From Mobula hypostoma (taxonomy: Eukaryota), in assembly GCF_963921235.1 (NCBI RefSeq), contig NC_086097.1, forward strand, positions 806,001-870,000: a stretch of 64,000 nucleotides of DNA. Reading direction: 5' to 3'. The position numbers and the translations under genes were made by a program. Under the pieces are notes generated by a model. It did not search any database and had not been told where the DNA came from. It worked only from the letters and a program-made list of their open reading frames with translations. Shown here in pieces: positions 39,419 through 51,100 of the stretch; within the stretch, counting starts at the first letter, position 1, and each line of letters opens with the position of its first letter.

Positions 39419-40903
39419 AAACATAGAAACATAGAAACATAGAAAATAGGTGCAGGAGTAGGCCATTCGGCCCTTCGAGCCTGCACCGCCATTTAATTTG
39501 ATCATGGCTGATCGTCCAACTCAGAACCCAGCCTTCCCTCCATACCCCCTGACCCCTGTAGCCACAAGGGCCATATCTAACTTCCTTTTAAACATAGCTA
39601 ATGAACTGGCCTCAACAGTTTGCTGTGGCAGAGAATTCCACAGATTCACCACTCTCTGTGTGAAGAAGTTTTTCCTAACCTCGGTCCTAAAAGGCTTCCC
39701 CTCTATCCTCAAACTGTGACCCCTCGTTCTAGACCTCCCCAACATCGGGAACAATCTTCCCGCATCTAGCCTGTCCAATCCCTTTAGGATCTTATACGTT
39801 TCAATCAGATCCCCCCTCAATCTTCTAAATTCCAACGAGTACAAGCCCAGTTCATCCAGTCTTTCTTCATATGAAAGACCTGCCATCCCAGGAATCAATC
39901 TGGTGAACCTTCTTTGTACTCCCTCTATGGCAAAGATGTCTTTCCTCAGATTAGGGGACCAAAACTGCACACAATACTCCAGGTGTGGTCTCACCAAGGC
40001 CTTGTACAACTGCAGTAGTACCTCCCTGCTCCTGTACTCGAATCCTCTCGCTATAAATGCCAGCATACCGTTCGCCTTTTTCACCGCCTGCTGTACCTGC
40101 ATGCCCACTTTCAATGACTGGTGTATAATGACACCCAGGTCTCGTTGCACCTCCCCTTTTCCTAATCGGCCACCATTCAGATAATAATCTGTTTTCCTAT
40201 TTTTGCCACCAAAGTGGATAACTTCACATTTATCCACATTAAATTGCATCTGCCATGAGTTTGCCCACTCACCCAACCTATCCAAGTCACCCTGCATCCT
40301 CTTAGCATCCTCCTCACTGCTAACACTGCCACCCAGTTTTGTGTCATCCGCAAACTTGGAGATGCTGCATTTAATTCCCTCATCCAAGTCATTAATATAT
40401 ATTGTAAACAACTGGGGTCCCAGCACTGAGCCTTGCGGTACCCCACTAGTCACCGCCTGCCATTCTGAAAAGGTCCCGTTTATTCCCACTCTTTGCTTCC
40501 TGTCTACTAACCAATTCTCCACCCACACCAATACCTTACCCCCAATACCGTGTGCTTTAAGTTTGCACACTAATCTCCTATGTGGGACCTTGTCAAAAGC
40601 CTTTTGAAAATCCAAATATACCACATCCACTGGTTCTCCCCTATCCACTCTACTAGTTACATCCTCAAAAAATTCTATGAGATTCGTCAGACATGATTTT
40701 CCTTTCACAAATCCATGCTGACTTTGTCCGATCATTTCACCGCTTTCCAAATGTGCTGTTATCACATCCTTGATAACTGACTCCAGCAGTTTCCCCACCA
40801 CCGACGTTAGGCTAACCGGCCTATAATTCCCCGGTTTCTCTCTCCCTCCTTTTTTAAAAAGTGGGGTTACATTAGCCACCCTCCAATCCTCAGGAACTAG
40901 TCC
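39419..40903 (-). mobile_element. Young 5'-truncated CR1 (different subfamily) nested antisense in CR1, 7-bp TSD AGAATAG
   Basis: Uninterrupted 452-aa RT ORF 39521..40879. (TTTCTATG)n tail. AGAATAG at 39412-39418 and 40904-40910. Confidence 0.95.
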
Positions 40904-41325
40904 AGAATAGGTTGTGTGAACTCGGCCTTTTTTCCTTGGAGCGACGGAGGATGAGAGGTGACCTGATAGAGGTATATAAGATGATGAAAGGCATTGACCC
41001 TGTGGATAGTCAGAGGCTTTTTCCCAGGGCTGAAATGGCTAGCACGAGAGGGCATAGTTTTACAGTGCTTGGAAGAAGGTACAGAGGAGATGTCAGGGGT
41101 AAGTTTTTTACACAGAGAGTGGTGAGTGTGTGGAATGGGCTGCCAGCAGCGGCAGTGGAGGCGGAAACGATAGGGTCTTTTAAGAGACTCCTGGATGGGT
41201 ACATGGAGCTTAGAAAAATAGAGGGCTATGGGTAAAGCCTAGGTGGTACTAAGGTAGGGACATGTTCGGCACAGCTTTGTGAGCTAAAGGGCCTGTATTG
41301 TGCTGTAGGTTTTCTACGTTTCTAT

Positions 41326-41667
41326 GAGACCAACTGAATATTGAAAGAACTAGACAGGCTGGATGTGGTGAGGATGTTTCCTTTGGTGGGGTAAGCAGAA
41401 TGAGAGAGCGCAGCCTCAGAATTGAGGGGGACGTTTTAGAACAGAAGTAAGAAGGAATTTTTTTTTGCCAGAGTAGTGAACCTGTGGAATATTGGTAAGA
41501 TTGCAGTGGAGGCAAAGTCCGGCGGTATATTTAAAGCAGAAGTTGATCATTTTCTGATTGGTCAGGGTAACATAGGATATGGCAAGAAGGCATAATGGAA
41601 TGGCAGAGCAGACTTGATGGGCTGAATGGCCTAATTCTGCTCCTATGTCTTATGGTCTCATGGTCTT
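41326..41667 (+). mobile_element. Degenerate CR1 3' end
   Basis: Ends AATGGCCTAATTCTGCTCCTATGTCTTATGGTCTCATGGTCTTA. Confidence 0.8.
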
Positions 41668-41689
41668 ATTCAGCAGAGATGGAGTGATA

Positions 41690-42057
41690 ATCAACCGAAG
41701 ATCCAGTGGGGGCATGGTGGTAATCCACTGAACAGCCAGTGGAGACATGGTGGTAATCCACTGAACAGCCAGTGGAGACATGGTGGTAATTCACTGAACA
41801 ACCGGGGGCATGGTGGTAATTCACTGAACAGCCAGCGGAGACGTGGTGGTAATCCACTGAACAGCCAGCGGAGACGTGGTGGTAATTCACTGAACAGCCA
41901 GTGGAGACATAGTGGTAATTCACTGAACAGCCAGTGGAGACGTGGTGGTAATCCACTGAACAGCCAGTGGAGACATGGTGGTAATCCATTGTACAGCCGG
42001 GGGGGGGGCGGGGGGACATGGTGGCAATCCACTGAACAACCAGTGGAGACATGGTGG
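41690..42057 (+). repeat. 33-bp minisatellite, left part (CAGCCAGTGGAGACATGGTGGTAAT(C/T)CACTGAA)
   Basis: Visible tandem units; 11-aa periodicity in ORF 41666..42052. Confidence 0.95.
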
Positions 42058-43461
42058 CATGCCTGAATGACTATCAACCTGTGGCTCTGACATCAATTGC
42101 TATGAAGTGCTTCGAGAGATTGGTTATGGCACACATCAACCACCACCTACCAGTCAACCTCGACGCTTTGCAATTCGCCTACCGGAGCAACAGGTCAATG
42201 GCAGCTGCCATCTCTCTGGCCCTACATTCCTCCTTAGAACACCTGGAGAATAAAGACGCATATGCAAGGCTCCTTTTCATTGACTACAGCTCTGCCTTTA
42301 ATACCATCATTCCAAATAAACTGATTCCTGAGCTCCGGAACCTGGGCCTTAGCACTCAGATCTGCAGCTGGATCTTCAACTTCCTCACAGACAGGACCCA
42401 GGCTGTAAAAATAGGGGACAAGCTCTCCTCTACAATTACTCTGAGCACCGGTGCCCCACAAGGCTGTGTACTCAGCCCCCTGCTGTACTCACTGTACACC
42501 CATGATTGTGTAGCCAAGCTTCCATCAAACTCAATATATTGTTTGCTGATGACACAACAATTGTAGGCCATATCTCGGGTAATGATGAGTTTGAGTACAG
42601 AGAGGAAATTAAGAACCTGGTGGCATGGTGCGAAGACAATAACCCATCCCTCAATGTCAGCAAGACGAAGGAATTGGTTGTTGACTTCAGAAGAAGTAGC
42701 GGACTGCACGACCCAATTTACATTGCTGGTGCGCAAGTGGAACAGGTCAAAAGCTTTAAGTTTCTCGGGGTCAATATCACAAATGACCTGACTTGGTCCA
42801 ACCAAGCAGAGTCCACTGCCAAGAAGGCCCACCAGTGCCTTTACTTCCTGAGAAAACTAAAGAAATTTGGCCTGTCCCCTAAAACCCTCACTAATTTGTA
42901 TAGATGCACCGTAGAAAGCATTCTTCTAGGGTGCATCACAACCTGGTTTGGAAGTTGTCCTGTCCAAGACCAAAAGAAGCTGCAGAAGATCCTGAATACA
43001 GCGCAGCACATCACACAAACCAATCTTCCGTCCGTGGACTCACTTTACACCGCACGCTGTCGGAGCAGTGCTGCCTGGATAATCAAGGACACGACTCACC
43101 CAGCCAACTCACTTTTCGTCCCTCTTCCCTCTGGGAGAAGGCTCAGGAGCTTGAAGACGCGTACAGCCAGATTTGGGAACAGCTTCTTTCCAACTGTGAT
43201 AAGACTGCTGAACGGATCCTGACCCGGATCTGGGCCGTAGCCTCCAAATATCCGGACCTGCCTCTCGGTTTTCTCGCACTACTTTACTTCCTATTTTTCT
43301 ATTTTCTATTTATGAGTTATAATTTAAATTTTTAATACTTACTAATTTTTAGTATTTAATATTTGTAATCCAGGGAGTGTGAAGCACAAAATCAAATATC
43401 ACTGTGATGATTGTACATTCTAGTACCAATTGTTTGGTGACAATAAAGTATAAAGTATAAA
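42051..43461 (+). mobile_element. Rex1/Babar-type 'family C' LINE, 5'-truncated, (AAAGTAT)n tail
   Basis: ORFs 42051..42566 and 42506..43222 ([29 protein letters not shown]), one frameshift near 42540. CAATAAAGTATAAAGTATAA end. Confidence 0.93.
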
Positions 43462-43640
43462 AGCCAGTGGAGACGTGGTGGTAATTCACTGAACAGCCAG
43501 TGGAGACATGGTGGTAATTCACTGAACACACAGTGGAGACGTGGTGGTAATTCACTGAACAGCCAGTGGAGACGTGGTGGTAATTCACTGAACAGCCAGT
43601 GGAGACCTGGTGGTAATTCACTGAACACACAGTGGAGTCA
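43462..43640 (+). repeat. 33-bp minisatellite, right part
   Basis: Same unit resumes immediately after the LINE tail. Confidence 0.93.
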
Positions 43641-44221
43641 GAGGGGTAAATCCAACTGGAGACTGAAGAACTTCTGGCATAGTGAATGCTGGAAGACGTC
43701 AAGAATTTTCAAAGGAAATTGGATAAGTAATGAAAGGACGGGAAGATCGCTGTACACAAGGAACTGAAGAGATTTGCTGAAGAAACAGCACAGGTTGTGA
43801 TGGGTTGAGCAACCTCCCCTCCTACGTAGTGTGATGCCCGCTGCGATGAAGGTGCAGATGTTTGGTGAGGTGGGGTGGGCAGGAAGGGGCTGAATTGGTA
43901 ATGGTCTGTACGGAGAAGCTGCAGTCTGAGCCGGCAGAGCTGCAGCTGCAGCAGTGCAGAGCGGGGATCACCACTGCAGCATCATCGCAAGGGGACGGAA
44001 CAGACAGTTCTCCGAGGACATTGCAGAAGCAGGTAATGATCAATATAAACTGACAACAGCAGCCAGAGAGCTGGCATTAACACCAGTGCCATCAGTCAGA
44101 CTGCGCAGGGCATCGTCCGCTGTTATTCAGCATGGTGAAGGGAGAGGGGAGAGAACAATGGAGGCTGTGGACGGAGCAAAGGCTGGCTGTAGTCTGTACA
44201 TGCAAGCACCAGGTACTACAC

Positions 44222-45073
44222 AGGAGAGAGGGGGAGAGGGGAGAGGGGAGGGGGAGAGACAGAGGGAGGGGAGAGAGAGAGACAGAGGGAGGGGAGGGAG
44301 AGGGGAGCGGGGAGGGGGGATGGGAGGTAGAGAGGGAGAGGGGGGAGAGACAGAGAGCAGTGAAATGAAAAGAGTACAACTGACAGTGAAAGAGGAGGTG
44401 AGATGGTGGGGGAAACACACAGATACGCAGCGAGAGAGAGTGGGGGAAGGGAGAAAGGAACGGGCAGGCAGAGACGGGACTACATAAAGGAAGAAAAAGG
44501 GATACACATCAAAATACTGAGGAAAAGAAAGGGACAAGCATAAAGGCGGAGGGAGAGCTCGGGAGATGGTGAGAGTGAGAGACAGATACAGAGTGGGGGC
44601 AGACAGAGACAGGACAGACAGAGGGCTGAAACGGATACAGAGAGGGGGAGATGGAAACAGAGAAGTGGAGACAGACAGAAAGAAGGGAGGGAGACAGAGA
44701 GTGGGGAAGAGTAGATACAGGGAGGGGGGAGACAGATAAAGGGAGCGGGAGATGGAGACAGAGAGGGGAGACAGAGAGAGAGGGGGAGATGGAGACAGAG
44801 ATATGGGAAGGGAGACAGAGAGAGTGGAGACAGAGGCAGAGAGGGTGGTGGAGAAACAGGGAGATGGGGAGACAGATACAGGGAGTGGGAGATGGCGACA
44901 GAGAGAGGGGGAGATAGAGACAAGGAGAGAGGGAGAATGAGAATAAGAGACGGAACAAAGATGCAGGAGATGGCAAATTGGACGGGTAGACAGAGACAGA
45001 GAGGGACAAAGAGCGGGGTAAGACAGAGAAAGGGTCAGAGAAAATGAGGCAGAGAGAGGGGAAATATTTAAAC

Positions 45074-45117
<44 letters not shown>
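44222..45117. repeat. G/A-rich low-complexity tract ending in a (GA)n microsatellite
   Basis: GGAGACAGAGAG-type motifs; (AG)n at ~45082-45115. Confidence 0.9.
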
Positions 45118-45274
45118 GGAAATACCTTGAGAGAAGCAGTGAGAGAATCAAAATGTAAGGAGGGTCAAACACAGGGAATATGATAGAGGAAAAGTGTAAA
45201 ATTATAATGAAAACATCAATGTCCTTCAAAAGAACAATGGACTAAGGATAGAAGAAGGAAAAAGAAACATTGCG

Positions 45275-46140
45275 GACCCTAGTCCTGCCTGGATCTCAGA
45301 CCCTGGTCCTGTCTGGATCTCAGATCCTTGTCCTGTCTGGATGTCAGACCCCTGTCCTGTCTGGATGTCAGACCCCTCTCATCTGGATCTCGGACCCTCC
45401 TCCTGCCTTGATCTCAGGCCCTTCTCCTGTCTGGATCTCAGATCCTTGTCCTGTCTGGATGTCAGACCCTTGTCCTGCCTGGATCTCAGACACTTGTCCT
45501 GTCTGGATCTCAGACCCATGTCCTGTCTGGATGTCAGACCTTTGTCCTGCCTTGATCTCAGAAGCTTGTCCTTCCTGGATCTCAGACCCTTGTACTGCCT
45601 TAATCTCAGACCCTTGTCCTGTCTGGATTGCAGATCCTTGTCCTGACTGAATGTCAGGCCCTTGTCCTGCCTTTGAACACAGACCCTTGTGCTGCCTGGA
45701 TATCAGACCCTTGCCCTGCCTTATTCTCAGACCCTTCTCCAGTCTAGATCTCAGACCCTTGTCCTGCCTGGATCTCAAACCCTTGTACTGCCTTAATCTC
45801 AGACCCTTGTCCTGTCTAGATCTCAGACCATTGTCCTGTCTGGATCTCAGACCCTTTTCTTGCCTGGATGTCAGATCCTTGTCCTGTCTGGATATTAGAC
45901 CCTTTTCTTGTCTGGATCTCAGACCCTTGTCCTGCCTGGATCTCAGACTCTTGTCCTGCATTAATCTCAGACCGTTGTTCTGCATTAATCTCAAACCCTT
46001 GTCCTGTCTGGATCTCAGACCCTTTTGTGGTCTGGATGTCAGATCCTTGTCCTGTCTGGATCTCAGACCCTTGTCCTGCCTTAATCTCAGACCCCTCTCC
46101 AGTCTGGATCTCAGGCCCCTCTCCTGAATGGATATCAGAC
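45275..46140 (+). repeat. 24-bp minisatellite (CTGGATCTCAGACCCTTGTCCTG(T/C))
   Basis: Tandem units; 8-aa periodicity (WISDPCPV / LDLRPLSC) in overlapping ORFs. Confidence 0.95.
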
Positions 46141-46579
46141 ATGCCATTTGCAGTTCTTGCACTCACCACGAGGTTCACTGTTAATTATTCTCAGGAATAT
46201 TTGCTCAAGCAACAACTTCCAGTTTTATTAATGCCAATAGCCACTGTTAACCAGGGTCATTGTTGTTAATCCTGTTCACTATTTACCACAGACAGCCGAG
46301 GAGGCCAAGTCACTGGGTACAGTGAAAGGCACAGTTGATATGTCCTGGATCAGTCAGTGTGTCAAAGATTACGTGGAGAATGCAGGAGAATGGGGTTGAG
46401 AGGATAAGAAATTACCCATGGTGTAAAGGCAGAGCAGATTTGAAGTGCCAAATGGCCTAGTTGTGTTCCTATGTCTGATGGACTAAACATGTCCATTCCC
46501 GTGTAACCAACCAACAACCAACAATCCCCACATGCTAAATTTACAAGGCAACAGTAACTAGTCTCAGTGTGATAAAAGC

Positions 46580-46702
46580 AGAGATTCTGCAGATGCTGAA
46601 AATCTAGAGGAACACAAAAAAAATAGTGGAGGAACACAGCAAATCAGGCACCATCTATGAAGGGAATAGACAGTTGATATACAGGTCAAAACCCTTCATC
46701 AG
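46580..46702 (-). mobile_element. Degenerate Penelope-like arm
   Basis: TTCTGCAGATGCTGAAAATCTAGAG...AAACCCTTCATCAG parallels the arms of the younger elements. Confidence 0.6.
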
Positions 46703-46799
46703 TAAAAATGACCACATGTTGACACAAACAATCCCATTTGCTTCAGAAGAGGAAAGCTACTTTTCTTAAAAGCTCTGAGCCACACATACCTCCAGACCA

Positions 46800-47066
46800 T
46801 CGGTGTACTGATCTGACCCACGATTATCTACAGCCCACGTGTACTCCCAGCCCATCAGTGTGTCACTGTGACCCCCACGTCTCCAGTCCGTCCGTGTGTC
46901 ACTCTGACCTACACTCTCCAGTCCGTCAGTGTGTCACTCTGACCCCTTCGTCTCCAGCCCATCAGTGTGTCACTCTGACCCACACTTACCCCCAGCCCAT
47001 CAGTGTGCTTTGGCCCACACATACTGCTAGCTCATCAGTGTGTCGCTGTGACCCACATGTACTTCC
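46800..47066 (-). repeat. Diverged, inverted monomers of the 38-bp satellite
   Basis: CAGCCCATCAGTGTGTCACTCTGACCC is the reverse complement of the satellite's GGGT(C/T)AGAGTGACACACTGATGGGCTG, at ~38-bp spacing. Confidence 0.85.
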
Positions 47067-47074
47067 AGTGTGCT

Positions 47075-48143
47075 CTGACATTGAATTCTTCTGACTTGAA
47101 TTAAGAAAGTGCAAGAGTAAAAGTAGCCAGAAAGCAGTTATATACAATCCTCCCAACAGGAGCCGTGATGTGGACCACAGATTACAACAGGAAATAGAAA
47201 AGGCATGTCAAAATGGCAAGGTAATGATAGTCATGGGCGATTTCAACATGCAGATTGATTGGGTAAGTCAGGTTGGTAATGGATCTCAAGGGAGTGAGTT
47301 TTTTGAATCCTACAAAATGGCTTTTAAGAGCAGCGTTTCATTGAGCCTAATAGGGGATCAGCTATCACTGCATTGTGTGTTATGTAATGATCCAAAGTTC
47401 TGGAGTTGATTAGGGAGCTTAATGTAAAAGAATCCTTAGGAGGCAGTGATCACATTATGATTGAGTTCAACCGGAAATTTGACCATAAGTCTGGCCCATC
47501 GAGTCTGCTCCACCATTCAATCATGGCTGATCCTTTTTTCTTCTCCTCCTCAACCCCAGTTCCCAGCCTTCTCCCCGTAACCTTTGATTCCACGTTCAAT
47601 CAAGAACCTTTTGAACTCATCATCTTAGAAAAGATGTGCTGACATTGGAAAGAGTTCAGAGGAGGTTCACAGGGATAATTCCTGGAATGGAAGGGTAGTC
47701 ATACGAGAAACATTTGATGGCTCTGAGTCTGTACTCGCCGAAATTTAGAAGAATGAGGGGGTTCTCATTGAAACCTTTCAAGTGTTGAATGGCCTAGACA
47801 GAGTAGATGTGGAAATGATGTTTTCCAGTGTGAGGGAGTCTAGGACAAGAGGGCACAGCCTCGAGTTAGAGGGGCATCCATTTAAAACGGAGATGTGGAG
47901 AAATTTCTTTAGCCAGATGGTGGTGAATTTCTGGAATTTGTTACCATAGGCAGTTGTGGAGGACAGGTCGTTGGGTGTATTTTAGGCAGATATTGATAGG
48001 TTCTTGATTATACATGGCATGAAAGTTTACAGAGAGAAGGCCGAGGAGTGGAGCTGAGGAGGGGAAACAGGATCAGCCATAATTGAATGGCAGAGCAGAC
48101 TCGATGAGACAAGTGGCTTAATTCTGCTCCTGTATCTTATGAT
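47075..48143 (+). mobile_element. CR1 fragments: APE piece, short inverted 3'-end piece (~47482-47610), RT end and tail
   Basis: MGDFNMQIDW and LGGSDHIMIEF in ORFs; CR1 3' UTR ending TCTTATGATCT at ~48143. Confidence 0.8.
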
Positions 48144-48195
48144 CTGACCCACATGTACCTCCAGTCCATCAGTGTGTCACTCTCACCCACATGTA
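48144..48195 (-). repeat. Further inverted satellite-like monomer(s)
   Basis: CTGACCCACATGTACCTCCAGTCCATCAGTGTGTCACTCTCACCCACATGTA. Confidence 0.8.
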
Positions 48196-48695
48196 CAGTA
48201 CCAGTAAAAATTATTCACACCTCCTCCCCTGCTGGTTTTCATGTTTTATTATTTTACAACATTGAAGCACAGTGGATTTAATTTGGCTTTTTTGAGACTG
48301 ATCAACAGAAAAAGACTCACGGCAAAGTGAAAACAGATCTCTACAAAGTGAACTAAATTAATTGCAAATGTAAAATACAAAATAATTGATTGCATAAGTA
48401 TTCATTCCCTTCACGTCAGTATTTAGTAGATGCACCTTTGGCAGCAATTACAGCCTTGAGTCTGTGTGGATAGGTCTCTAACAGCTTTGCACATCTGGTC
48501 ACTGCAATTTTTCCCCATTCTTCTTTACAAAACCCAAGCTCTGTCAGATTACATGGGGATCGTCAGTGAACAGCCCTTTCCAGGTCCAGCCACAAATTCT
48601 CAATTGAATTAAAGTCTGGACTCTGACTTGGCCACTCCAGGACATTAACTTTGTTGCAGTTGAGCCATTCCTGTGTAGCTTTTTTGCCGTGTCCA
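48196..48695 (-). mobile_element. Tc1/mariner transposon remnant (one TIR plus transposase C-terminal motif)
   Basis: TA|CAGT terminus at 48194-48199. Minus strand ~48590-48646 encodes [19 protein letters not shown] (Tc1 SPDLNPIE motif). Confidence 0.85.
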
Positions 48696-48699
48696 ATTG

Positions 48700-49475
48700 A
48701 GAACCTATCAAGTTCCGCCTTAAATACACCCAACAGCTGCCTGTGGTAACAAATTCACCAGCCCCTGGCTAAAGAAATTTCTCTGCATCTCTGTTTTAAA
48801 TGGACGTCCCTCTATCCTGAGGCTGTACCCTCTTGTCCTGGACTCTCCCACCATGGGAAATGTCCTTTCCACATCTACTCTGCCTAAGCATTTCAAAATT
48901 CAAAAGATTTCAATGAGATCCAGCCTTCATCCTTCTAAATTCCAGTGAGTACAGACCCAGAGCTATCAAATGTTCCTCATATGATAACCCTTTCAATCCC
49001 AGAATCATCCTTGTGAACTTCCTCTGGACCCTCTCCAATGCCAGCACATCTTTTTCTGAGATGAGGAACCCAAAACTGTTCACAATACTCAAGGTGAGGC
49101 CTCACCAGTGTCGTATAAAGCCTCAGTGTCACATCTTTGCTCTTGTATTCTAGACCTCTTGAAATTAATGCTAACATGGCATTTGCCTTCCACACCACCA
49201 ACTCTACCTGCAAGTTAACCTTTAGTGTGTTCTGCACAAGGACTCTCAAATCCCTTTGCATCTCAGATTTTTGGATTTTCAACAGATTCATCAGGCAAGA
49301 TTTTCCCTTAAGGAAACCATACTGACTTTGTCCCATCTTGACCTGTGTCACCAAGTACTCCATAACTTCTTCCTTAACAATTGACTCCAAAATCTTCCCA
49401 ACCACTGAGGTCAGGCTAACTTGTCTATAATTTCCTTTCTGCAGCCTTCCTCCTTTCTTAAAGAGTGGGATGAGA
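48700..49475 (-). mobile_element. Degenerate CR1 with internal deletion
   Basis: ORF 48977..49618 jumps from GKSCLMNLL to EMQRDL; LVRPHLEYCEQFW. Confidence 0.85.
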
Positions 49476-50897
49476 CATACTGGACAACAGCACATAGAAA
49501 CCATAGAAACCATAGAAACTACAGCACAGAAACAGGCCCTTTGGCCCTTCTTGGCTGTGCCGAACCATTTTCTGCCTAGTCCCACTGACCTGCACACGGA
49601 CCATATCCCTCCATACACCTCCCATCCATGTATCTGTCCAATTTATTCTTAAATGTTAAAAAAGAACCCGCATTTACCACCTTGTCTGGCAGCTCATTCC
49701 ATACTCCCACCACTCTCTGTGTGAAGAAGCCCCCACTAATGTTCCCTTTAAACTTTCCCCCCCTCACCCTTAACCCATGTCCTCTGTTTTTTTTCTCCCC
49801 TTGCCTCAGTGGAAAAAGCCTGCTTGCATTCACTTTATCTATACCCATCATAATTTTATACACCTCTATCAAATCTCCCCTCATTCTTCTACGCTCCAGG
49901 AAATAAAGTCCTAACCTATTCAACCTTTCTCTGTAACTGAGTTTCTCAAGTCCCGGCAACATCCTTGTAAACCTTCTCTGCACTCTTTCAACCTTATTTA
50001 TATCCTTCCTGTAATTTGGTGACCAAAACTGAACACAATACTCCAGATTCGGCCTCACCAATGCCTTATACAACCTCATCATAACATTCCAGCTCTTATA
50101 CTCAGTACTTCGATTAATAAAGGCCAATGTACCAAAAGCTCTCTTTACGACCCTATCTACCTGTGACGACACTTTTAGGGAATTTTGTATCTGTATTCCC
50201 AGATCCCTCTGTTCCACTGCACTCCTCAGTGCCTTACCATTAACCCTATATGTTCTACGTTGGTTTGTCCTTCCAACGTGCAATACCTCACACTTGTCAG
50301 TATTAAACTCCATCTTGCCATTATTCAGCCCATTTTTCCAGCCGGTCCAAGTCCCTCTGCAGGCTCTGAAAACCTTCCTCACTGTCTACTACACATCCAA
50401 TCTTTGTATCATCAGCAAACTTGCTGATCCAATTTACCACATTATCATCCAGATCATTGATATAGATGACAAATACAATGGACCCAGCACTGATCCCTGT
50501 GGCACACCACTAGTCACAGGCCTCCACTCAGAGAAGCAATTCTCTACCACCACTCTCTGGCTTCTTCCATCGAGCCAATGTCTAATCCAATTTACCACTT
50601 CTCCATGTATACCTAGTGACTGAATTTTCCTAACTAACCTCCCATGCGGGACCTTGTCAAAGGCCTTACTGAAGTCCATGTAGACAATATCCACTGCCTT
50701 CCCTTCATCCACTTTCCTGGTAACCTCCTCGAAAAACTCCAACAGATTGGTCAAACATGACCTACCACGCACAAAGCCATGTTGACTCTCCCTAATAAGC
50801 CCGTCTATCCAAATGCTTGTAGGTTCTGTCTCTTAGTACTCCCTCCAATAACTTACCTACTACTGACGTTAAACTCACCAGCCTATAATTTCCCGGA

Positions 50898-51100
50898 ACA
50901 CACATAAAAGTTGCTGGTGAACGCAGCAGGCCAGGCAGCATCTCTAGGAATAGGTGCAGTCGACGTTTCAGGCCGAGACCCTTCGTCAGGACTAACTGCA
51001 CCTCTTTCTAGAGATGCTGCCTGGCCTGCTGCGTTCACCAGCAACTTTTATGTGTGTTGCTTGAATTTCCAGCATCTGCAGAATTCCTGTTGTTTGCATT
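50898..51100. mobile_element. Palindromic Penelope-like element with 14-bp TSD (one mismatch)
   Basis: TATAATTTCCCGGA 50884-50897 and TATAATTTCCTGGA 51101-51114; inverted arms. Confidence 0.82.
50957..50997 (-). ncRNA. Minimal type I hammerhead ribozyme motif
   Basis: Minus strand AGUC-CUGACGA-A-GGGUCUCGGCCU-GAAAC-GUC-GACU; stem I AGUC/GACU fully paired. Confidence 0.72.

Larger units (their letters stand above)
36085..41325 (+). mobile_element. 5'-truncated CR1 (ORF2 APE-RT to 3' tail) with three nested insertions
   Basis: GATGAACTTAGAGCGTGGATC (DELRAWI) start. ORFs 37253..38338, 38244..38762, 38790..39434 and 40912..41235. TTTCTACGTTTCTATG tail. Confidence 0.93.

Noticed and set aside
41666..42077. 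His/Cys-repeat ORF suggestive of a metal-binding protein
   Set aside because: Translation of the 33-bp minisatellite, which is split by a LINE.
44092..45077. 316-aa Ser/Leu/Pro-rich ORF and neighbours
   Set aside because: Low-complexity GA/CT tract in which stop codons are compositionally rare.
45270..46269. Cys/Leu-periodic ORFs resembling LRR or metallothionein-like proteins
   Set aside because: 24-bp minisatellite read in several frames on both strands; no exon structure or true LRR consensus.
46140..46290. Minus-strand donor GTG|GTGAGT near 46169
   Set aside because: No convincing acceptor or open frame upstream; isolated donor motifs are common by chance.
48977..49618. 213-aa ORF as a host gene
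   Set aside because: Chance read-through from one CR1 3' UTR into a deleted RT of another CR1.
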